Source: Epithemia pelagica (taxonomy: Eukaryota; Protista; Bacillariophyta). From it: 64,000 bases of DNA. A model generated the notes under the pieces. It did not search any database and was not told the DNA's origin. It saw nothing but the letters and a program-made list of their open reading frames with translations. Positions 45,348-54,694 of the stretch are shown here, one piece after another. The translations under genes were made by a program, and so were the position numbers. Where the stretch lies: NCBI GenBank assembly GCA_946965045.2, contig OX337239.1:434001-498000 (forward strand), in the 5' to 3' direction. Each line of letters starts with the position of its first letter. Position 1 is the stretch's first letter.

Positions 45348-48300
45348 ATGTCGTCGTCGTCGAGCAGCAATAGTACTATGATCAATCCCTTGCAGGACTT
45401 TGTGGGGGACAGCAGCAGTACGAATGCCGATGTGGCGCAAGAAGAACGAGTGGAAGTGAATCAACGGGCCTTGATTGACAAGATTTTGGCCCGCTATGCC
45501 AGTGCCGGGGCCGTCTATCGCGAATTGTTGCAAAATAGCAACGATGCCGAAGCCACGCGGGCCGAAATTCGATTTTCGACGACCAACAATGGCGTGGTCA
45601 CGCAAGTCTTGTATCGCAACAATGGGTTGGTCTTTGGTCCACAGGATTGGGCCCGATTGCGCAAAATTGCCGAAGGCAATCCCAATCCTTCCAAAGTGGG
45701 AGCCTTTGGTGTCGGTGCCTACACCATGTTTAGCATTGCCGAAGAACCCTGGATCATTAGTGCCGATACGGCTCTCCAATTTGTCTGGAAGGGCGATGCC
45801 CTTTGGACCAAAACGACCAAGCGAACGACCACCACCAAAACGACCACCACCAAAACGACCAACAATAACGACACGACGGAATGGACGACTTTTGTCTTGC
45901 CCAGTCGCGATCCCTATCCCTTGCCCAATTGGACCGACTTTGGACAATTTTTGGCCGCCTCCCTCACCTTTACCAATTCGCTGTGTGCCGTATCCGTCTA
46001 CGTCAATGACGAGGCCGTCTTGAGCATTTCCAAACGACAAGTGCAACCCCCTCGACCCCTCCAAGTCGTGGAAACTACTCCCACTACTACGAACAATAGC
46101 AATCCAAACAACAACACGAATGGGTCGACGGCCCAGAATACTACGACAACAACCACAACGACGACGACCAAAAAATGGACGAGTTGGTTTTCCCTCGACG
46201 GTAGTAGCACCACAAACAATAGTACTACTACAAACAGCAACCAACAAAACAACAACAAGAACAACAAGGTGACGATTCAAACGTCGTCGCCGCGCAACTT
46301 GTTTCAATTGGAATCCTTGCCCAGTACGGGAGATCCGGCCATTCTGGAATCTGTCTACGAAATTCAAGTCGCCGTGTATCACAACAAGAAGAACAAGAAC
46401 CAATCTGGGACGACAAGTGGCACTTCTTCGTTGACCGATACAGGGAACCAGGCATTGCAACAATCACAACCGAAACAAAAAGATGATGATGTCGCCACGA
46501 TTCGAGCTCGCTATGTCACGGCACAAGCCAAGGTGCAATTGCCACCCGACATGGTGAAGCGCATGCATCGAGTCACCAAAAAGAATCCACCCGCCACGGT
46601 ACCCTTGCAAATTTATTTGGATGCGCCTGCCGAATTGTCGTCGTCTGGTAGTAGTAGTACGAAACACCGAAAGAACAAAAAGAAGAAAAAAAAGAATTCT
46701 CCCGCCCATGCCATTGCCCAATCCTTTGTGCCGGTGCAGGGTCGCATTTTTATTGGCTTTCGAACCAGTCAAACGACGGGTGTGGCCGCCCATGTCGCCG
46801 CTCCCTTTTTGCCCACGGTGGAACGAGAAGCCATGGATTTGCAAGATGCCACACTCCGCATTTACAATGTGGAATTGTTACACTTGACCGGCATGGTCTT
46901 GCGACTCGTCCTGCAACATGCCTTTTGTCGATTGGCCGTCGAGTATCGCACGTTTCAATTGCAACAACAACAAAAGACCTTGACGGACGGCACTTCCACC
47001 GCTCTAGAAGAAGAGCAAGATTCTGATGATGAGGAGGAGGATTCTGAAGACGAAACGGAACAGGTACCTTCCTCCAGTAGCAATGACGACGACGACAAGG
47101 ACGAAGATGCCAGCATTGCCACCAGTACGACCACCAATACGAACAGTGGATTCATGGGCTTTGCCCGTTTCATGGCTCGTGGCATGCGGCACAAGATTCA
47201 ATCCGTCGTGACGACCATTTCCGATGAAGTTTCGACCAAAACCGGTCTCTCGACGACGTCTTTGTCGCAACAACGCCGTCGCGGCATTGATTATGCCGCC
47301 TTGGTGGGTGTGGCCCCCGATCCTCGTCCCCTCAATCGCTTTGAAGTCCATGCCATTTATTGGATGCAAGCCCTGTGTCCGACTCCGTCCACTCCTGATC
47401 CTACGGTGGGGACCATGTTAGCCCAAGGCTTTGGACGAGCCTTGCCCACCACACCGGCACCCTGTTGGACCTCCCAAGCCGTGGTACCCGCCCAACAGGC
47501 CCGGTTGCCGGCGCATGGTATGGAAGCCTTTTGTCGTTCCCTGTCCCCCGTGGCCAGCAGTTCCACGACAATGACAACGACGACGACCACCACTCGTGCC
47601 ACAAAGGCTTCTCCTCCCGCAGTCGTTCGTCATGTCGTTTGGCAATCCTCCTTGGAATATCATGCCGTCATTGCGTCCCAATGTCGACCGTTGGAATTGG
47701 AACGTGATTTGTTACCCTATTTTCAATCCACCATTTTGACCCAAGCCATGGCCATTCGATTGGTCCAATGGTGGAAACCCTACAGTCGCATCTTGGCCCA
47801 TCAACTCGCGCAACGACAACCACATGCAAACGACTGGATTGCCCAACAAGTCCAGACCCAGGGATTGGCACTCAAGGATTCCATCCGCTTTACGGCCCAA
47901 CTCCAAGACACGGGCGACGACGACGAACAAGAAGACGACTGGAATGCTCCCGTATCGACTGGTTCCAGTGCGGGTCCCGTCATGGCCCTGCAAACCTACT
48001 TGTTTTATTTGGACAAGGAATCGCCGTTGGGTAAACATCAAACTCAACAAGCCCTTGTGTTACGGCAGCAACAGAAACAAGAACGACAACGAACGCAACG
48101 AATGCTGGCCAAACAACGAGAACAACAGCAACAGCAACAAGCTTCCGTGAAATCACCAGCAGGCGAAACGTCGACGAACCAGTCTCTTGCCGCCGGTACA
48201 CCAACCACATCTAGCAGTACTACGAATGGACGACGACAAGAGACCGAAGAAGAAGAATCTCTTTCCTCCTTGTTGCTACCACTTCCGGAAACGGTTTTGC

Positions 48301-51300
48301 CCACACGCTTACAGGAATTGTTGGGAGATACCACCTTGTCCGATGCGTGTATTTCCAATATTTGGTTTCAACCCTTTCCCATGGTGTTGTGGGTCGAGTT
48401 CATGGCCCATCATTCCATTTTGACTCATGGCTTGGCCAAGGATTCACCCCGTCGTTTGGCGGTCCTCTCCCTCTTGCATCAAGAATACAAGGACCGAGGA
48501 AGCAAGTTTCGAACCAGTCAGAACCAACAGCAACACGAGTTTACGACGCTCTGTCGCAACCTGCTCTACAACACCAAATGCATCCCCTACGATGCTCCCG
48601 AACCAAAACAACAACAACAAGACTCTCATACAAACCAAAATGGCACCAATCTGTCCCCAACCAAGGCATTGGTCGATGTTCCCTCGGCCTTGTATTTGTA
48701 CTCGGCCGAATTGCAAGCCTTTGAAGGCGTGGCCGGTGGATCGTCCTTTCACAAGGTGTCGAAACAAGTTCAAGAGGCGGGTGTGACCGAAGACTTTTTG
48801 TTGGCCCTAGGTGTACGCAAATCCGTGTCGATTGACTTTTTGTTTCAAAATTTGGATTCCCTTCAATGGAATCATGATCCACGACCGTTGATTGAATACC
48901 TCAAAACGGCAACCTTGACCAATGACGATTGGGCCAAATTGTCGCAAACGCAATACCTACCCGCAGAAGAAGATCTGGTGGCGGAAGGCTCAACGACAAA
49001 ACAAGAGAATGCGAGCGACAAGGCTGCTGCCCTGGTCTCAACCAAGAATTATGCACCTTCGGAATTGTATTTACCAAACGTGGAACTGCGCATCTTTCCC
49101 TTTTTAAAAATTCTCAAATGGCCCACGGAAACCGAATTGTCGGAGCGATCCGAAAATGGTCGCTTCTTGGTTCGTTTGGGAATGAAGGTCATGCCACCGT
49201 TGCAACAAGTGTTGCAGTATTTGAGTCAACCCACCTTGGATCCGGAAAAACGAGTCCAAGCGCTGGACTATGTAGCAAATCATTTAAGTCCCTCAGCACC
49301 CTATCATGCCGAATACAATCGCATGTCCAACATGACTCGGAAACGATACCGATTTTTGCCCTGTACTGCGATTGATCCTTTGGCCGCCGCCGATACGATT
49401 GATGCAACGGCATCGAACAATAAGGGCGGCTCGAAATCATCCTCTGAACCTCTCTTGCTGTCGCCTCCCTTGTGCTTTTCTGATGCGCAATGCGCTGTTA
49501 TGGGATTTCCAGTGCTGATCATTGACAATGCCAAGAAAGTGTTGGGCGATCGACGTGATTTCTACGCCAGTGTCTTTCAATGTCCCCATCAACCAGAGCC
49601 CACGGTATTGGTGAATCAACTTCTCAACCTTGTGAGTGCGGCGAAACGAAAACAACAATCGTTGAAACGCAAGGACGAGGAAGCCATTACGACGTTGAAT
49701 ACCATCATTTTGAGTGTCTTTGCGTCCGTCTTTAACTACTTGTCCCATCGCAGTTCCGACATTTCTCCTACCTTGTTGGGATCCTTGCGCACCGAAAGTT
49801 TTATTCCCTGCTTGAAGGAAGATATAAACACAGTGGAATGGTTCCGTGTCGATCAGGTCTTTTTCCTTCGACGTGAATCAGGAAAGGGAGGGCCGTCCAC
49901 AAGCAACACTAAGGACTCGTTGACGGAAGAATTGTTTCAAGTGGTGGAATTCAGTCCATTCTTGGCAGCGGCGGGTGTCAAGCAAGATGCCACCACCAAA
50001 GAATTGTTCCAGCGACTCTTGGATGATCCTATTGCCGTTATGCAGGCTCTAGGAACAAATGAGAAGAAATACCGAGCCCTGTTGCGCCGAATTGCTGCGG
50101 ATCCTCCCTTTTCGGTTGTGAACGACAAGATTCGCAACACACCGTTCTTGCTCGCTTACAGCCTCAACTATGATACCTCTTCGAAAAAGGATGGAGATGA
50201 TGATGATACAAACAAAGCGGCGGATTCAGCAACCTTTGACTTGGTTGCCGCGCGTGACATTTACATTATTGATAATTCCTTCTTTGGACGAATGTTCAAA
50301 GTGTATCGCGCACCACCGGAAACCGACTTGGAGGACTTCTATGCCATGATTGGGTCCCAGTACATTTCCAAATCTGTGGAACGGAGATTCGAAGTCGTTG
50401 GCAAACCTATGCAACATACTCCCCTGACTCGCGCCCTACAAGAACGAGTCAAGGAACGAGCTCCCTTGTTGGTGTCACCCCATGTGACAACGCGTCCCTT
50501 GGTGAACAACGCGGCATCCTTATTGGATCCGAAACGCCTCGAGTTTTATCAAGCCACGACATTGTTGGCCGTATATTCCCTCCGAGGGATTACCCGTCGA
50601 TCCAAAACCACGTGCTTTTCTCGTCGGAGTGCCGGTATCCTTGCGGGCCAAGGCCAACGCAACTCGATTTATGTCGTGGATGATTTTGACTGGTTTGATG
50701 TGGGCTACGCTTTGGGTGATTTGATTTTGAAGCGGTGTCAGTTGGAAGATGCCTTTTTCATCAGTTCTTTGTTGGATGCACCCTTGGAGCAATTGCGAGC
50801 TCGTGGATTCCCAGTCGATCGTATTCTCCAGCCGGTTGTGGTGGTCCCACCACCAGCATCTCCCAAACCGGAACCACCCAAGCCGCCTCCGGCAAAACCA
50901 GTTGCCACTGGCGTCCGGCAACCGGATGGATCACCCATGGTATGGAACCCTGATGGTACCATTGCGACTGACATTCCTCCACGTACAGATTCTTCGGCTG
51001 CCAGCAACAAGGCAGCACCCGATGCGAATACCGCCGCCGCACCTATGAAACCCAACGCAGAACCCAGCAAGGGATCCACCTCTTCCCAACCTCCATCCGA
51101 TACTGCAGGCATGGAAGAAATATTGACCCAAATGTTCCCGGATGCAGATTCGGAGTTCATCAAGGGAGCGTTGGGTCCCAATCCAGATTTGGAAAGTGTC
51201 CGATCCTTGGCCGAAGCCATGGCGGCTGGCAAGTATCCCAAAAAGTTGGACGACGACGCTGATTTGTCGACCAGTGCATCCATGGACGACACAGCATCCA

Positions 51301-52277
51301 TCCAAACAGAAGCAACGTCGTCCTTCGAGGATGGTACCGAAAAGAAGAAACGAGGACGGTTGCGCAAAAAGCTGGGACGAGCATTGGGCTTTGGTGGTGG
51401 TTCCAAAGCCTCACCACCTACGGAAAGCAGTGCGCCTTCTCCACCACCACCTCCGCCACCCACGGTTCCTCCACCACAACCACCTGCTGGTGGAGCCGCC
51501 GGAGTCATGGGCGGATTGGGTGGCATGATGGGATCGGGAGGAGGACCGAGTGCTGGTTCCACCAACACTTCTGCGGGTCCGGGCGAAACAACCTTTCGTG
51601 GTCCCTCCATGGCCACGCGACACGAAGAACGCGGTCCTGTGACACCGGCCGAAGATATTCATTCGCAACAAAATTTGGAACGCATGTTGGAGCAAACCGT
51701 TGGCAATACGACCAATGTGAATCGAAATGGGATTCAATCGCCCGAGACTTTGCTCACGTCCATTCCTGAAGGTTCCGGTCGCCACGACGAAACCGAAGTG
51801 ATTGACGGTCAGTCTCTCAAACCTTTCCCGGGCCCCCGTGGAACGGGCAAGGCACGAAATGGAATCCGCGTCTTTGCCTCGACGCGAGAACCATCGTCCG
51901 AGCTGCTCTTGCAAAATGACCAGGTTTTGGAAAGCTTTGCCTTGGTGTTGGAGAATTTGGCCAAGGTGTTTGGTGTACGGTTGGAGTCCATGGCGATTTT
52001 CAATGAACCCGGTGGACGATCGATTGCCTTTAACAGCAATCGGTCACTGCACTTCAATTTGCGGTTCTATCATTCCCTCCACTTTTTGCCCGGCCAAGCC
52101 TTTAGTCGGGAATGCTACAGTTTCTGGTACATCACCATGGCCCATGAACTCAGTCACAACTTGGTGAGTGGCCACAACAAGGAGCATGGCTATTATACGG
52201 AAAGCTTTGCCACACACTACCTCCCCCGGTTGGTGGATCTGTTGGCCAACCTAAGTAATAGGAGTACGAATCTGTAA
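45348..52277 (+). CDS. 2309-aa sacsin-like GHKL ATPase / DUF3684-type protein with CUE-like and C-terminal HExxH zincin-like domains
   Basis: NQRALIDKILARY, RELLQNSNDA, KVGAFGVG (GHKL motifs); LTQMFPDADSEFIKGAL (CUE-like); MAHELSHN..GHNKEH. Confidence 0.85.
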   Translation: MSSSSSSNSTMINPLQDFVGDSSSTNADVAQEERVEVNQRALIDKILARYASAGAVYRELLQNSNDAEATRAEIRFSTTNNGVVTQVLYRNNGLVFGPQDWARLRKIAEGNPNPSKVGAFGVGAYTMFSIAEEPWIISADTALQFVWKGDALWTKTTKRTTTTKTTTTKTTNNNDTTEWTTFVLPSRDPYPLPNWTDFGQFLAASLTFTNSLCAVSVYVNDEAVLSISKRQVQPPRPLQVVETTPTTTNNSNPNNNTNGSTAQNTTTTTTTTTTKKWTSWFSLDGSSTTNNSTTTNSNQQNNNKNNKVTIQTSSPRNLFQLESLPSTGDPAILESVYEIQVAVYHNKKNKNQSGTTSGTSSLTDTGNQALQQSQPKQKDDDVATIRARYVTAQAKVQLPPDMVKRMHRVTKKNPPATVPLQIYLDAPAELSSSGSSSTKHRKNKKKKKKNSPAHAIAQSFVPVQGRIFIGFRTSQTTGVAAHVAAPFLPTVEREAMDLQDATLRIYNVELLHLTGMVLRLVLQHAFCRLAVEYRTFQLQQQQKTLTDGTSTALEEEQDSDDEEEDSEDETEQVPSSSSNDDDDKDEDASIATSTTTNTNSGFMGFARFMARGMRHKIQSVVTTISDEVSTKTGLSTTSLSQQRRRGIDYAALVGVAPDPRPLNRFEVHAIYWMQALCPTPSTPDPTVGTMLAQGFGRALPTTPAPCWTSQAVVPAQQARLPAHGMEAFCRSLSPVASSSTTMTTTTTTTRATKASPPAVVRHVVWQSSLEYHAVIASQCRPLELERDLLPYFQSTILTQAMAIRLVQWWKPYSRILAHQLAQRQPHANDWIAQQVQTQGLALKDSIRFTAQLQDTGDDDEQEDDWNAPVSTGSSAGPVMALQTYLFYLDKESPLGKHQTQQALVLRQQQKQERQRTQRMLAKQREQQQQQQASVKSPAGETSTNQSLAAGTPTTSSSTTNGRRQETEEEESLSSLLLPLPETVLPTRLQELLGDTTLSDACISNIWFQPFPMVLWVEFMAHHSILTHGLAKDSPRRLAVLSLLHQEYKDRGSKFRTSQNQQQHEFTTLCRNLLYNTKCIPYDAPEPKQQQQDSHTNQNGTNLSPTKALVDVPSALYLYSAELQAFEGVAGGSSFHKVSKQVQEAGVTEDFLLALGVRKSVSIDFLFQNLDSLQWNHDPRPLIEYLKTATLTNDDWAKLSQTQYLPAEEDLVAEGSTTKQENASDKAAALVSTKNYAPSELYLPNVELRIFPFLKILKWPTETELSERSENGRFLVRLGMKVMPPLQQVLQYLSQPTLDPEKRVQALDYVANHLSPSAPYHAEYNRMSNMTRKRYRFLPCTAIDPLAAADTIDATASNNKGGSKSSSEPLLLSPPLCFSDAQCAVMGFPVLIIDNAKKVLGDRRDFYASVFQCPHQPEPTVLVNQLLNLVSAAKRKQQSLKRKDEEAITTLNTIILSVFASVFNYLSHRSSDISPTLLGSLRTESFIPCLKEDINTVEWFRVDQVFFLRRESGKGGPSTSNTKDSLTEELFQVVEFSPFLAAAGVKQDATTKELFQRLLDDPIAVMQALGTNEKKYRALLRRIAADPPFSVVNDKIRNTPFLLAYSLNYDTSSKKDGDDDDTNKAADSATFDLVAARDIYIIDNSFFGRMFKVYRAPPETDLEDFYAMIGSQYISKSVERRFEVVGKPMQHTPLTRALQERVKERAPLLVSPHVTTRPLVNNAASLLDPKRLEFYQATTLLAVYSLRGITRRSKTTCFSRRSAGILAGQGQRNSIYVVDDFDWFDVGYALGDLILKRCQLEDAFFISSLLDAPLEQLRARGFPVDRILQPVVVVPPPASPKPEPPKPPPAKPVATGVRQPDGSPMVWNPDGTIATDIPPRTDSSAASNKAAPDANTAAAPMKPNAEPSKGSTSSQPPSDTAGMEEILTQMFPDADSEFIKGALGPNPDLESVRSLAEAMAAGKYPKKLDDDADLSTSASMDDTASIQTEATSSFEDGTEKKKRGRLRKKLGRALGFGGGSKASPPTESSAPSPPPPPPPTVPPPQPPAGGAAGVMGGLGGMMGSGGGPSAGSTNTSAGPGETTFRGPSMATRHEERGPVTPAEDIHSQQNLERMLEQTVGNTTNVNRNGIQSPETLLTSIPEGSGRHDETEVIDGQSLKPFPGPRGTGKARNGIRVFASTREPSSELLLQNDQVLESFALVLENLAKVFGVRLESMAIFNEPGGRSIAFNSNRSLHFNLRFYHSLHFLPGQAFSRECYSFWYITMAHELSHNLVSGHNKEHGYYTESFATHYLPRLVDLLANLSNRSTNL

Positions 52278-52454
52278 AATAAAGAATACCCCTAGGTAGG
52301 AGTTTGATATTATGCTACTCCTACACTCCTAAGAGTGGGGATGCTCATAATATGAAGAAGTGAAAGCCCCCTGAACAGCAACAGTGATCTGAAGTCTGAA
52401 GACAGCTGAAGACCGACGTAGAAACCGGGACTGCGGTCGCATTCTCACAACACC

Positions 52455-52877
52455 TTAGTCGCGGCCGGAAATACGAGCAGATCGGCTGACCTGCTTGATT
52501 TGGCCATTGTTGGCCTGCACTGTGTGCTGGATTCTCCCCAAGTTTGGGGAATTCCCGAGGCCAGAGTCTTCTTCTGGTCTTGTGCCCGTGGGAATTCGTC
52601 TCTCGAGCGCGGGCTCTTGCTCATCGTCTTCCTCGGTTTCGTCCGGGAAGTCGAGAAGGGCTTTACGTTCCTCGAGTTCGATTTGCCAATTGTTTAAGGC
52701 GTCGTTCCATTCTTGGAGGGCTTCATGTTGCTGCTGCAATCTATCCTCCCATTCTTGCAAATGCAAAAAGGGATACTGCAGCAGCAGCTGCAGCAGAAGG
52801 AAGAATTCTCCAAGAAGAAACGAAAACAAAGAACACGGCCTCTGTATCCTGTGAAACAGATGAATGTCTTGATCCAT
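52455..52877 (-). CDS. small hypothetical protein: hydrophobic segment, coiled coil, acidic linker and VSRSARI motif
   Basis: 140-aa ATG ORF with the same layout as 41599..42399. Confidence 0.45.
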   Translation of the reverse strand: MDQDIHLFHRIQRPCSLFSFLLGEFFLLLQLLLQYPFLHLQEWEDRLQQQHEALQEWNDALNNWQIELEERKALLDFPDETEEDDEQEPALERRIPTGTRPEEDSGLGNSPNLGRIQHTVQANNGQIKQVSRSARISGRD

Positions 52878-52937
52878 CCGAGACTAAACTGAGACAAGAG
52901 GAAGTCCAACAAAGACGACACGTCCAAAGTAATGAAA

Positions 52938-53393
52938 TGTTCAAATACTGTACGCAAGGGCATAACTACACGTGGGGGACAATGGGGGACAGAGACAGAA
53001 TTCCCATGACACAACACGCCCAACGCATCATTGAACCGCCGCCTCTCACAAATCACCAATCAACAAAGACGAACGACGCATCTCAACATGGGATTTGGAC
53101 GACGGCTATGTAACACTCATGCCGCTCTAAACAACGACTCCCATGGCCAGAGCAATAACGGTACTGGCTCCTAAGTAAGCAGACGCCACTTAGGGAGCCA
53201 CGAATCTCAGAAGAGGCAGCAAGGTCGTCCATAAACAATTGGGACCGCCAATTTGGTCGATCAACGCACCAATCTACGAGTCAACGCTCAACGCATGAGC
53301 AAGAGCGATTCATAGCTTGCACACGATAATCTAGAAACACACAATTTTGCAAAAGAGCTCTTTTTCGTTACTCGACAGTAGTGAAAAACAACA
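52938..53393 (+). repeat. 5' LTR
   Basis: Matches 58769..59224 except for one substitution seen (gagcaagagc vs gagcaggagc); internal hairpin ggctcctaagt/acttagggagcc at 53166-53199. Confidence 0.97.
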
Positions 53394-53434
53394 CGCTTCC
53401 TCTGCGCTGTAAACAGCATCTCTGATCGTCGACC

Positions 53435-54694
53435 ATGGCTTTTGCAATCTCTCCCGCCAACGCCAACGCGAACAACGTAATCAACTTTACGACCGCGGCA
53501 GGCTCGAAGTTATACAAGCAGGCGACGACAGGACTTTTTGATGGCGGAGATCTCTACGATCTCCATGCGGAGGGACTCAAGCTTTTCCTCGATTCGTTTC
53601 AAGATCGCATCGTCGAGCAATCTTGGACTAGCACATTCTCCATTCCGGAACATATCGTGGTCCCTCCTGCAGCAGGACCAGCTCCTCCAGCTGCTCCTAC
53701 TCATCTCCTTACTCAAGCCTACGGACGAGTTTCCCTTCGACAAGTGCGCGACTACGTGGACAGCTTCCTCAGACAGAATCGCATCACGCAGAACTCCTAC
53801 ATGTCCTACATGTGTCTCATGGCATCGTTAAACGAAGAAGCGAGGGCACAAGTCAATCTCCGACGCGACGAATTCATCGTGGACAACAAGGGTGTCGGGC
53901 CGTTGCTCCTCAAGGTCATCATTTCCTTGGCTTATGTGGATACCGAAGCGACCGTAATGGTGCTACGACAGCGTCTGTCGGACCTTCACATCCATATCGC
54001 AGACTTCAACGGAGACATTATCAAGTTCAACTCGTACGTGAAAGAAACATTGCAGGGCCTAAGTGCACGTGGGGAACGGACCCTCGACCTCCTCCCGAAC
54101 CTATTCAAGGCATATGAAACGGTGAACGACGAGAACTTTCTGGAAATGATCAGGCGTCGCAAGAACGCATACGAAGAAGGAGATTCGCCGAACCTAACTC
54201 CCACGCAACTCATGGATTGGGCACGGCTTAAGTACCAGGCACTAGTGGAAGCCAAGAAATGGCAGTCCCTATCGGAGCGCGACCAGAAGATTATTGCCCT
54301 TGAGGCCCAGGTGAAACGCATGACAAAGGGACGTTCTGCACAAAGCAATGAAGGTAGCACTGGTAGCAACAACAAGACCGGCAAGGCTAAACAGACTAAG
54401 GACAAAGAGGGACTCAAAGAAGCTTGGCAAACCACTGGTCCGCCTGAGGGAGGTCCGGAAGTGAAAGAAGTGAACGGCAAGACCTACTATTGGTGCAAGT
54501 GGCACGAGAAATGGTCTCTCAACAAGAACCATACCTCAGCCACTTGCAACGGGCGCGGATTGACTGGAGACAAGAAGAAAGCGTATGACGCAGCGCACCC
54601 GGATACGGGAAAAGAAGGAACCACCCCGGCACTCCGTTTGGCAAATGCCTCGGCTGATCTCCCTGCCCAAGAAGAGTCCTCGGATGAAGAATGA
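53435..54694 (+). CDS. gag: Gag (419 aa) of the Copia element
   Basis: First ORF after the LTR; YYWCKWHEKW...H..ATC zinc-knuckle-like motif typical of diatom Copia. Confidence 0.85.
   Translation: MAFAISPANANANNVINFTTAAGSKLYKQATTGLFDGGDLYDLHAEGLKLFLDSFQDRIVEQSWTSTFSIPEHIVVPPAAGPAPPAAPTHLLTQAYGRVSLRQVRDYVDSFLRQNRITQNSYMSYMCLMASLNEEARAQVNLRRDEFIVDNKGVGPLLLKVIISLAYVDTEATVMVLRQRLSDLHIHIADFNGDIIKFNSYVKETLQGLSARGERTLDLLPNLFKAYETVNDENFLEMIRRRKNAYEEGDSPNLTPTQLMDWARLKYQALVEAKKWQSLSERDQKIIALEAQVKRMTKGRSAQSNEGSTGSNNKTGKAKQTKDKEGLKEAWQTTGPPEGGPEVKEVNGKTYYWCKWHEKWSLNKNHTSATCNGRGLTGDKKKAYDAAHPDTGKEGTTPALRLANASADLPAQEESSDEE

Noticed and set aside
53270-53410. Tf1-like self-priming of the Copia element
   Set aside because: Only a ~9-nt imperfect complement (agaggcagc near 53213 vs gcttcctct) was found and the TSS is unknown; too weak to claim
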